A DNA stretch of 20,718 nt from Candidatus Hydrogenedentota bacterium. Its GTDB lineage: Bacteria > Hydrogenedentota > Hydrogenedentia > Hydrogenedentales > SLHB01. Both the position numbers and the translations under genes were made by a program. Positions 5,770 through 14,300 of this stretch are shown here, piece after piece. Every line of letters begins with the position of its first letter. The stretch's first letter is position 1. The notes under the pieces were generated by a model that searched no databases, was not told the origin of the DNA, and saw only the letters and a list, made by a program, of their open reading frames with translations. Where the stretch lies: positions 1 to 20,718 of the forward strand of contig JARKSN010000195.1 of assembly GCA_029974275.1 (NCBI GenBank), written 5' to 3'.

Positions 5770-8505
5770 TTAGAGAAGCGGCAGAGGAATTCCAAGAGCT
5801 GCGTTGATGACAAGTTGCACGTCCATGGCGTCGGTGCGCCCGTCTCCATCGATATCTGTGTCATAGGGAACGGAAAGTCGCAGGGCGCCATTGATAACCA
5901 GTTGCACATCCATGGCGTCCACGCGGGAATCGCCGTCGATGTCCGCAGGATTATCATCGGCCTTATCGTTTGGGTTCGTGCCGCGGTCGACTTCCACCCC
6001 ATCGAGCACTCCGCCGCCGTCCGTGTCGGGGTCGAGCGGGTTCGTGCCCGTGTTGGACGCGCTGGCCCACACCCCTGTGTTGGTCTCCACGCCGTCCTGC
6101 AACCCGTCATCGTCCGTGTCGGGATCGAGCGGATTCGTGCCGATTGCCGCCTCCTCATCATCGGTCAAACCATCTCCATCTTGGTCCACGATAACAAAAC
6201 GCTGGATCGCCATTGTGACGGGGGCGCTTTCGTCTCCCAGATCGCTTATGGCGGTAACGCTGATCGGATTATCGCCTATCTCTAGGTCCACAACCGTTTG
6301 CCATGTGGTTTCGCCGGCTTGATGTCCAATGGAAATTCCGTTGACCTTGAGATCGGCTGTAGCGACATGACACGTGCCCGAAAGGACCAACGAAGCGTTG
6401 GAAGTCGAGAAATTCGCGCCTCCGTTCGTGGTGATGGCCGGCGCAGCGAAATTCGTGGCCCCCACGCTGAAAATCCAGTATGCGTATTCGTTCCACGCTG
6501 GTGAGCCCGATGCAGGCACGATTCGAACGGTGACCTGGCTTTTGCCTGCCGTAAACGAGGCGGGCGCCATCATGCTCTCTTCGCGCCACTTGCGGGAAGA
6601 ATTGGTCGCCGCCGTGTAAAACGCGCCGAGCCGGACATCGTCGATGTAGACGTCGGCCCGCTGAACCTCGCTTTGATCGAACAAGCGACGGATCACCATG
6701 CCCTGATTGCCCGGGGCCAATTTGACGGTGAACTGGCTTTGTCCCGTGAAGGTGCGCCCATCGTCGGAAACCGAGACGTCGTCATCGTCCCCCTCAAAAA
6801 CGCTGGTCAATGAACCGGAAGCCGTTTGGGCGCTCACGGCGTAGGCGTGCGCCGCCTCGCTGGCTGTCTTGCCTACATCCAGCTTGTCCGTGAGAAACAA
6901 CCGCGCCGGCGCGTGATAGTACATCGCAAGAATATACGCATTGCACTGCGTATCATTCGTATGCCCGTGCTCTATCCCCATGCGAAAGCCCCGTTGAAAG
7001 GGAATCGCCTCCTGAAGAAGAATGCGGTACATGCTGCTCTTGTCGGGGGGGCCCGGGATGCGTTGCGTATAGCCCCATGTCGGCAACGTCTTCAACCCCC
7101 AGGCAAAGTAGTAGCCGTCGCAGAAAAAGTCTTCCGCACCCGTGCCTTGCAGCGCAGGCGTTCGGCTGCCGTCGAGATAGATGCGTTCGTCGCCCTCAAA
7201 ATGGATGCGATTCGCATCGCTGTTGGGATCGGGATTGTTCACGGTGCCCGTAACGGATTGCACCACGCCCACAAGATGTCCGGAGCCTTCTGTATGGAGC
7301 ACGGGCATGTCACGGCCTGGCGTGGACGGCTCCGAGATGTTGTACTGGGTCTTGAAATACCCGACGTTGGCGAAACTGTCCGTGAAGGGTTTGTGCGCCA
7401 CATCGAAGGCCACCGGACCCACGGAAGAAGCGCCCGCGTTGAACAACTCCACCTTGGCATGCGTCTCGAACGGCATCGGGAAATAGCAGTAGAGCGTGTT
7501 GCCAGCATCGAGACCGAGCATGAGCGAGCGGGGCGCTATGCCCACGCCATACCGGCCAATCGCGAAGAACAAGCCCAACGGAGCCTCAACGCTTGGGGCG
7601 TCCTCGCCGTTCCAATATATGCGCAGCGTAAGCGCGTTCAACTGGGCTTCCGTGGGCACGGATCCGCCAAAATTCATCCGGATCGCTTGAATCGTTTTGG
7701 GACCCGCAATGTCAAGCAACGTCGAAGCCGCGCCCGCCCCAAGGGTCACGTTGCCGGAAACAACCGTATTGCCCGCAGCATTTTTCGGATCAAGCGACAT
7801 CTTCGCTGGGTCCCAGGCCGCATCGGCGGCGGCTCGGTTTTCCGAACCGGTCCACGACGTCACGCTCGTATCCGGCGTGAAAATATGGTAATCGATGTTG
7901 TAAAACTTGAGTCGCGGCGTGATCACGCCGTTTTTGAGGTAGTTGTTGCTCGTGATTTTGATGCGTTGCGCAAAGGGAATGGGGTAAAAAGAAACGTCTG
8001 CGCCGCGGGCGTAGGCAATGGGATTTCCCTCCGCCTGATAGCGCATCAACGGAGCCAAAAACGGGGCCACCGGCGTGAACCACATTCTCCACAAATCGGT
8101 GCCCAGCGCCCCTGTGCTGAATCGAGGCGTCGGGTTGTTGTCGATATAGATGTTGAGCCCTGGAGGCGATCCCCCGTCATACCCCGTATACCAAAGACGG
8201 TAAATAACCCCCGGCCCTTCCAAATCGCACAAAACGTTCTCTTCGCTCAAGCTGGACGGCGGTTTGGCGATGAAATTGGGGCAGTTGAGATAATTGAGCT
8301 TGTCATCTCTTCCCCCTGTACGATCGAAACTTGACATGTGCCCCGCCTGGGTGTCCAGGCGCAAATAGGGAAGTCTATCAAACGCCGTGATGGCCGCCAG
8401 GCCTTTGGGCTCTGGGGCTGCGGCAAAGACGGTAGGCATGCCCCACAGAGAAGCGATCGTGACAACCACGGCCGCCCGGAATACGTGTATTGGCGCCTGT
8501 TGCAT
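5770..8505 (-). CDS. secreted DUF2961/GH172-family glycoside hydrolase with Ig-like, TSP3-like Ca-binding repeats and C-terminal dockerin
   Basis: SSFDRTGG, LEGPGVIYRLWYTG, LRIYWNGEDAPSVEAPLGLFF, YFPMPF, FEGDERIYLDG, GTGAEDFF and IPFQRGFRMGIEHG are DUF2961 hallmarks. Signal-peptide-like N-terminus from ATG 8505 with a GGAGG RBS; DxDxDGLxD repeats and duplicated dockerin at the C-terminus. Confidence 0.85.
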   Translation of the reverse strand: MQQAPIHVFRAAVVVTIASLWGMPTVFAAAPEPKGLAAITAFDRLPYLRLDTQAGHMSSFDRTGGRDDKLNYLNCPNFIAKPPSSLSEENVLCDLEGPGVIYRLWYTGYDGGSPPGLNIYIDNNPTPRFSTGALGTDLWRMWFTPVAPFLAPLMRYQAEGNPIAYARGADVSFYPIPFAQRIKITSNNYLKNGVITPRLKFYNIDYHIFTPDTSVTSWTGSENRAAADAAWDPAKMSLDPKNAAGNTVVSGNVTLGAGAASTLLDIAGPKTIQAIRMNFGGSVPTEAQLNALTLRIYWNGEDAPSVEAPLGLFFAIGRYGVGIAPRSLMLGLDAGNTLYCYFPMPFETHAKVELFNAGASSVGPVAFDVAHKPFTDSFANVGYFKTQYNISEPSTPGRDMPVLHTEGSGHLVGVVQSVTGTVNNPDPNSDANRIHFEGDERIYLDGSRTPALQGTGAEDFFCDGYYFAWGLKTLPTWGYTQRIPGPPDKSSMYRILLQEAIPFQRGFRMGIEHGHTNDTQCNAYILAMYYHAPARLFLTDKLDVGKTASEAAHAYAVSAQTASGSLTSVFEGDDDDVSVSDDGRTFTGQSQFTVKLAPGNQGMVIRRLFDQSEVQRADVYIDDVRLGAFYTAATNSSRKWREESMMAPASFTAGKSQVTVRIVPASGSPAWNEYAYWIFSVGATNFAAPAITTNGGANFSTSNASLVLSGTCHVATADLKVNGISIGHQAGETTWQTVVDLEIGDNPISVTAISDLGDESAPVTMAIQRFVIVDQDGDGLTDDEEAAIGTNPLDPDTDDDGLQDGVETNTGVWASASNTGTNPLDPDTDGGGVLDGVEVDRGTNPNDKADDNPADIDGDSRVDAMDVQLVINGALRLSVPYDTDIDGDGRTDAMDVQLVINAALGIPLPLL
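5791..5943 (-). repeat. duplicated dockerin-type Ca-binding repeat (intragenic)
   Basis: DIDGDSRVDAMDVQLVINGAL ... DIDGDGRTDAMDVQLVINAAL; also visible in the DNA (gttgcac[g/a]tccatggcgtc twice). Confidence 0.8.
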
Positions 8506-8662
8506 GGTGTTCAAACCTCCAAAGGAAAAATTCGGCAACCTCGTTACAGAAGACAAACCCTTACGCAAAACGAACTGTCTTTTCTCACATAATACAAGAG
8601 GAACGGCGAGACCTTCACTCTTTTTTCATGAAGCAGCCACTCGTCAAATCGACCTCTACACT

Positions 8663-8691
8663 ATTTTGGCACATCTGATGCGGAGAAACAA
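8663..8691 (-). promoter_or_regulatory. candidate sigma-70 promoter for the GH172-LOG-beta-CASP genes
   Basis: Minus strand TTGTTT-N17-CAAAAT with TG at the extended -10 position. Confidence 0.4.
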
Positions 8692-8779
8692 GAGTTTTTC
8701 GCACGGAAATTACAGGATATCGGAGCGTTTTCGTCGTGGATCACGAGATCTCTCAGGCGGCGAGTCGGAAGAAGAAAAA

Positions 8780-9718
8780 TTACCGATTCATTGCATACCA
8801 TGCATAGGTCTTTTGCAATCCCTCCTCCAAGGAAGTTGCAGCCTTAAAACCGAATGCCCTCTCCGCCCGGGATGTGTCCAGAAGACGACGCGGCTGGCCC
8901 CCGGGCTGGCTGGGATCCCACGTCAGTCTTCCGGAAAAGCCCGTCACGCGCTGGATGCGTTCGGCCAATTCGCGAATGCTTATCTCGAAACCTGCGCCGA
9001 TGTTCACCGGTTCTCCGCTATCATAGCGTTCCGCGGCCAACACAATGGCCTCCGCGGCATCTTCGACGTACAGGAACTCCCTGGTCGGCGATCCGTCTCC
9101 CCAGCAAGTCACTTCGTTTCGGCCCTCTGCGATGGCGTCCATGCATTTTTTCATGAGGGCGGGGATGACGTGAGATATCTCCGGATCGAAGTGGTCTCCT
9201 GGACCATACAGATTCACCGGCAACAGGGTGATGGCGTTGAAATCATATTGTTTTCGGTACGCTTGGGCTTGAACGCTCAACGCTTTCTTGGCCAATCCAT
9301 ACGGGGCATTTGTCTCCTCGGGATAGCCATTCCAGAAATCCTCCTCTTTGAATGGGATCGGAAGATGTTTGGGATAGCTGCAGATGGTTCCGATGCCGAC
9401 GAATTTTCCGACCCCGGCTTTCCAGGACTCATGCAGCAGTTGGGCGCCCATCATGAGATTGTCGTAGAAAAACTCGGCCGGGCGGCGCATATTGGCTCCT
9501 ATGCCGCCCACGCGCGCCGCGCAGTGCACCACCATATCGGGTCTATATTCCGCCAAAAGACCTTGCACGTCCGACAGACGCGTCAGGTCTGCGTCCGTCG
9601 ACCGAAAGCGAAAGACTTCTCGCGCTCCCCGTTCCATCAATTTGCGCACGACGTTGGCCCCGAGAAACCCGAAGCCCCCCGTCACCAGGACTCTGCGAGA
9701 TGACCAAAAATGGGTCAT
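8780..9718 (-). CDS. fcl: GDP-L-fucose synthase (GDP-4-keto-6-deoxymannose epimerase/reductase)
   Basis: TGGFGFLG Rossmann motif, [24 protein letters not shown] (YxxxK), [34 protein letters not shown]. Confidence 0.93.
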   Translation of the reverse strand: MTHFWSSRRVLVTGGFGFLGANVVRKLMERGAREVFRFRSTDADLTRLSDVQGLLAEYRPDMVVHCAARVGGIGANMRRPAEFFYDNLMMGAQLLHESWKAGVGKFVGIGTICSYPKHLPIPFKEEDFWNGYPEETNAPYGLAKKALSVQAQAYRKQYDFNAITLLPVNLYGPGDHFDPEISHVIPALMKKCMDAIAEGRNEVTCWGDGSPTREFLYVEDAAEAIVLAAERYDSGEPVNIGAGFEISIRELAERIQRVTGFSGRLTWDPSQPGGQPRRLLDTSRAERAFGFKAATSLEEGLQKTYAWYAMNR

Positions 9719-9769
9719 TGTCCATTCTCATGCATGCACTGGCCCTTTGATTCCTTCCTAGGAAATGTT

Positions 9770-11161
9770 CTAGCCGACGTGCTCAAAAAGGCCGCAAGCG
9801 CCGAACCATATTTTGGGAGGAACGGAAGAGGGCTTGCTGGCAGAAGAATCCGGCGCGGGCCTTCGGAGGAACACGCCGCAGCCGGTCATGCCTGGCGGAA
9901 CGGTGAATTTCACCACGGCGAGCGTCCAGTCAGAGGTTCCCGTCACTTCGTTGCTGCGTTGGAAAAAGGCCGCATGGCCGCGGACGTCGTCCTGAACCTC
10001 GAGAGACGCGTTCCCTTCGATGTTTTCGGTTCGGATATATCCGCAGAGCACGTAGGTTTTTCCAGGCGTCACGGCGACGCTTTGCATAACTCCGAGATTT
10101 ACGGAAGGATCTGCCGAAAAAACGATTTGGAGGCTTGCGTTCGTTCCCGTAAACGGCGGAACATTTTGGTCGTCGCGCAACGCCGTTACTCCCTTGGGCA
10201 TATAGAGCCAGCAACTCTTGACGCGCGAGGCCAGCGTGACATCCTCAATCAAATTGACGCCTGTCATGCGTCCGATCTCAATGACTTCGCAGCGGTCGAA
10301 CCAGATGACGCCTTCGGTCTTCGGACTGTCCGGGGCGGCGCGGCGGCGTAACAGAACGTTCACCTCTTGGAGGTCCCAGTCGGCGGTAAAAATCGTGGCC
10401 ACGGGAGTCCAATCGGCGGTTCCCGTCACCGAAACGACCTTCGCGCTGCCGGCAAGCGTGACGGGCGGTGAAACGCCCGGCTTTTGCACTTCCAATTCGG
10501 CAACGCCTTCGACATCTTGAGTCTTGATGAATCCGCGCACCACATAGCGTTTTCCGGGGGTGATTTTTGCAGGGTGAGCAATCCCCAGGTCGACATTGCC
10601 GGCGACCGTCACGCGCAGCGAGCGCGTTCCGTCAACTAGAGAGGCCTTGTCATCTAAAACCGCCTTGATTCCAGTAGGAATTTGCCAATAGGGAATCTTG
10701 CCGTCGCGGGCCACCGGCATGTCAAAACTTCCGTTCTCCAGCAAATTGTCGCTCCCCATGATGATCGGGCGCATAGGGGTTGGCACGGGCGGGGTGCGCG
10801 GGGGGGGCGGGGGCGACGCCGTGGCTCCGGGCGGAGCGGGCATGGGCACCACGACGCCTCCTGGCAAGAGAACCGCTCCTGTGTCTGAATCCAGAGGAGA
10901 GCTTAGAGGAACCCCCGCATCAAACGCGTCCGAAAACTGCTCCTCGGTCATTTGATCGGCCCCGGGAGGGCCCGAGGGGGGCGGCGGGGGAGCGGAAGGC
11001 TGTGGCGGCGCCGGGGCGGTTTGCGTCGTTTGGGGAAGCGGCGCTGTGTCCGGCTGGGAGGGAGCAGGCTGCTTCCGATCGCCGCAGGCCGCGAATAGAA
11101 CCATTACTCCACAGAGAACAAGAGCCTTGCCCGCGCTGCGCACCGCGATAGTTCCAGTCAT
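9770..11161 (-). CDS. lipoprotein with Pro-rich linker and two tandem CBM4/9-like (galactose-binding-like) domains
   Basis: AAGGAGG RBS 7 nt before ATG 11161; lipobox VLFAAC; Pro-rich tether. Two homologous domains: NLLENGSFD..TPGKRYVVRGFIKT..VTGTADWT..LRR..IWFD and NLIE..TPGKTYVLCGYIRT..VTGTSDWT..LRR..IWFG. Confidence 0.8.
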   Translation of the reverse strand: MTGTIAVRSAGKALVLCGVMVLFAACGDRKQPAPSQPDTAPLPQTTQTAPAPPQPSAPPPPPSGPPGADQMTEEQFSDAFDAGVPLSSPLDSDTGAVLLPGGVVVPMPAPPGATASPPPPPRTPPVPTPMRPIIMGSDNLLENGSFDMPVARDGKIPYWQIPTGIKAVLDDKASLVDGTRSLRVTVAGNVDLGIAHPAKITPGKRYVVRGFIKTQDVEGVAELEVQKPGVSPPVTLAGSAKVVSVTGTADWTPVATIFTADWDLQEVNVLLRRRAAPDSPKTEGVIWFDRCEVIEIGRMTGVNLIEDVTLASRVKSCWLYMPKGVTALRDDQNVPPFTGTNASLQIVFSADPSVNLGVMQSVAVTPGKTYVLCGYIRTENIEGNASLEVQDDVRGHAAFFQRSNEVTGTSDWTLAVVKFTVPPGMTGCGVFLRRPAPDSSASKPSSVPPKIWFGACGLFEHVG

Positions 11162-11186
11162 AACTCTTCCTCCTTGTTGCTGCAGC

Positions 11187-11215
11187 ATTATCGTTCAAGA
11201 AAGTGGCGTGATCAA
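11187..11215 (-). promoter_or_regulatory. sigma-70 promoter for the lipoprotein-fcl unit
   Basis: Minus strand TTGATC-N17-GATAAT, just downstream of a terminator and just upstream of the AAGGAGG RBS. Confidence 0.6.
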
Positions 11216-11249
11216 ACTCGCGTTAAGAAGGCATGCGGCACAGGCAACC

Positions 11250-11284
11250 AAAAGGGCCGTCCGAAATGTATTCGGACGGCCCTT
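11250..11284 (-). terminator. intrinsic terminator of the giant surface-protein gene
   Basis: Perfect 14-bp stem AAGGGCCGTCCGAA / TTCGGACGGCCCTT with a 5-nt loop, ending in a short T run on the minus strand, 17 nt after the stop codon. Confidence 0.8.
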
Positions 11285-11301
11285 GGGTGCGTTAGATCAG
11301 G

Positions 11302-14300
11302 TTATGGCGCGGCGCGACGTCGGCGCATGCGGCGCGCACCTGTCACGCCAAGCCCTGTCGCAAGCAGGAGCAATGCTACGGGCGTCGCCACCGGCACGCC
11401 GGGCTGACCGCCGGTGCGCGGAGGACTGTCGGGATCGAGCGGGTTGGTGCCCAGCGCCACTTCGATGCCGTCGGAAACTCCGTCGCCGTCGGTGTCCCAG
11501 TTCTGCCAATCGGTCTCGTTGCCTTCATGCGGCCAACGCATGGGGAATGCCGCATCCACATGGTCCCAGACGCCGTTGCCGTTGACATCTTCAACGGAAT
11601 CGAGCAATCCGTCGCCATCGCTGTCTCCTCCGGGCACGGAAGAGGTCTCGGCTACGCCCGCCAGGAAGAATATGCCCCAAACGTCCGTGTTGGCCACGAG
11701 CGAGGTTTCGCCCGCCTTCTGGAGAGAGGCGTTCATCCATTCGATCTGTTGGGTGCGTCCGTTCACCCGGCCCATGCGCAGCGATGAGACAGGAACGCGT
11801 GTTCCGTCGACGTAGCCGTCGCTGTTTTCGTCCTTGAACCATATCTGCACGGGACCGATGGCGCTGCCGTTGACGAAAGTGGTCTCCGGCTTCACGCGGT
11901 AGCAGGAGCCGTTGAGTATCTGGGCGTCTCCCTCCAGCGGGAATCGAGGTTCCCTGTCCAATGTGATGGTCAGACGGGAAACGCTTGTGATCCGGCCCGG
12001 CAAGACGGTGACTTTGATGAAATCACGGTAGGCCCATCCGCCGATAATGGTCACGATGGCGGTGTTGCTCGGGCTTTGCGTGATGCTCACCGTGCGCGTA
12101 ACCGGCACGGCGGCGTTGCCGGCGGTGTCGGTCACGTTATAGAGGACGGTGTACGTCCCGGGCACGTTCACGTTGACCGGGTTGGTGGTCACAATCCGCA
12201 AAGTGATGTCGCCGTCGATATTGTCCGAAGCGGTCGCGCCGGCATCGGTGTAATCCAGCGTCCACTCTTGGGCGAGCGACGAGGGCCCCAATCGCGTAAT
12301 CACCGGAGCGGTGTTGTCGGCGCGCAGGACGGCAGGGCTTGCCGCGCCCGCCGCTTGGTTGCCGAAACTGTCTTCGGCGCTTCCGGGCAGCACACTGAGG
12401 GCAAGCGTGCCGTCGCCGGTGACGTTGGTGAGCGTCACCGTGCGCTGGAGCGTGCCGGAACCGGAAACCGTGACCGTAGCGGCGGCTGTGCCGGTGGGCA
12501 ACAGGGTGATGCGAGCCAAGTCAAGCGTGACAAGGTCCGCGCCGCTATAGTTGACCGTATAGGTAACCGTCCGGTCTTTGTTCGCAATCGCCGGGTTGGG
12601 TCCGGATACGGAGAGCGTAGGCGGCGTGTTATCCACTTCAAACGTGGCGCTTGACGCCGATGACGCGCAGAGGTTCCCGGCCAGATCGCTGGCCGTTCCG
12701 CTGTCGATGGAGATGCCCAAAGAGCCGTCTCCCGTGATGTTGGAAATGGTCACGGTGCGCGCCGTTATGCCGGAACCCGTCACCGACACTGTGCCATTGG
12801 CGGATCCCGTCTTGTTTAGGGTGACATTCGTGGCTGCCAGGACGATGTCGTCCGCGCCGGCATAGGTGACCGTATACGACACGGTCTGTCCGTTGCGCGC
12901 TTTGGGCTGCGACGGAGCGCTCACGCTCACGGTGGGCTGCGTGTTGTCAACTGTCACCGGGGCGCTGGCAGCGGCGGGCGCAGGGTCGTTGTACCAATCG
13001 GTTCCCGTTCCTGAAGGAATCGAGAGGCTAACGGTCCCGTCTCCGGAGATGCCCGTCAGCGTGATGAGACGCGTGCTGGTTCCGGATCCCGAGACAGTGG
13101 CGGTACCCGTGGCCGTGCCCGTCGTGGCGATCGCAACGTCAGAGGTGAGCAGGTTCACTGCCTTCATGCCGACATAGGTCACGGTATACGTCACTGGCCC
13201 ATGCTGGGTTGGGGTCAGGGACGGTCCGGCGATCGTAACGCCGGGCACCGAAGACATCACCAACACGTTAGCGGGAGAATCCGGCGCCTCCGCCACGTTG
13301 CCCGCTGCGTCAGTCGCGGTGCCAGAAGCGACGGCAATGCCCAATTCGCCGTCGCCGACGATGTTGCTGATCACAATCTGACGGGTGGAAGGCCCGGAAC
13401 CGGAGACAGAGACTTGACCTCCCACACTCCCCGTCGGCAGCAAGGTCACGTCCGAGGCGGCCAGGGAGATGCCTTCGGAATCGAGATTCGCGTCCGCATA
13501 GGTGACGGTGAAGAGCACGGTCGTCGGGTTCGATCCGCCTGCGCGAGCGCTTGATGCCGCGCTCACCGTTACGGTCGGCGCGGTGTTGTCCACCACGACC
13601 GTCGGACTGGCCGAGCTGGCCGGCAAATTGTCATCAAAAACGTCCTTTGCGGCGCCTGCCAGGATGGTGATGCCGAGCGTGCCGTCGCCGGTGATGTTTG
13701 TCACCGTGACGAAGCCGCCTGCGGTTGTGAAGCCGGTAGCAGTCACCGTCGGGGCGTTCGGACCGCTGCTGGGGACTGTCCCCGTCGTGTTCAACTGCAC
13801 GTAGGCGCCAATGTCCGCCAAGGCGCTTGCCGCGTTGGAGAAGGTGACGGGGAAGGAAACTCCCGATCCATCGTTCACGAACCCTGCGCTGGGCGCGCCG
13901 ACGCTGGTTAGGGCTTGGGCGGTACTCACCGTGACCGAAGCGGTCGTTGCAATGCCCGGGGCAAGGTTGCCCGCGAGATCGACGGCTGTGCCTTCGCCGA
14001 TGACGATATGCAACGAACCGTTTCCGGTGCAATTGTCGAGGGTAACGCTGCGCGTGTTGCCGCTCGATCCGCCGATCGTGACCGTGCCGGCGGCCGCATC
14101 GCCGGAGTCAGTCACCACCGTGACATCGGAAGAGGCCAATGTAATTTGGCTCTGACCTCCGTAGGTGATGGTGTACGTCGCCGGTCCCGTCGCGATGAGG
14201 GACGGAGTTGGCGCGCTGGCGCTAATCGTGGGCGGCGTATTGTCCACCGTGACAGAACTTGCGCTCGAAGCCGCGGCCGCGGTCACGCCCCAGAAGTCCG

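Noticed and set aside
8666..8682. TTGGCACATCTGATGCG, a GG-N10-GC motif on the + strand
   Set aside because: It points into the 3' end of fcl with no sense gene downstream and overlaps a plausible minus-strand sigma-70 promoter. Probably coincidental, although antisense transcription cannot be excluded.
2170..9703. Long antisense ORFs (2170..3147, 3882..4892, 6826..8334, 8387..9703)
   Set aside because: Shadow frames of well-supported genes in GC-rich DNA; no domain signatures.
10800..10807. G8 homopolymer as a phase-variation tract
   Set aside because: Explained by poly-proline codons in the linker; the frame is intact and the tract is short.
11162..11188. Longer ORF-track starts (11188; likewise 8568, 5749, 2239)
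   Set aside because: Downstream ATGs have clear RBSs or stop-start coupling; the 11188 ATG lies within the predicted -10 element.
6025..11451. Three ~24-nt near-identical DNA repeats (6025-6048, 6118-6141, 11428-11451)
   Set aside because: All encode the GTNPLDPD protein motif; not CRISPR, DGR or mobile-element repeats.
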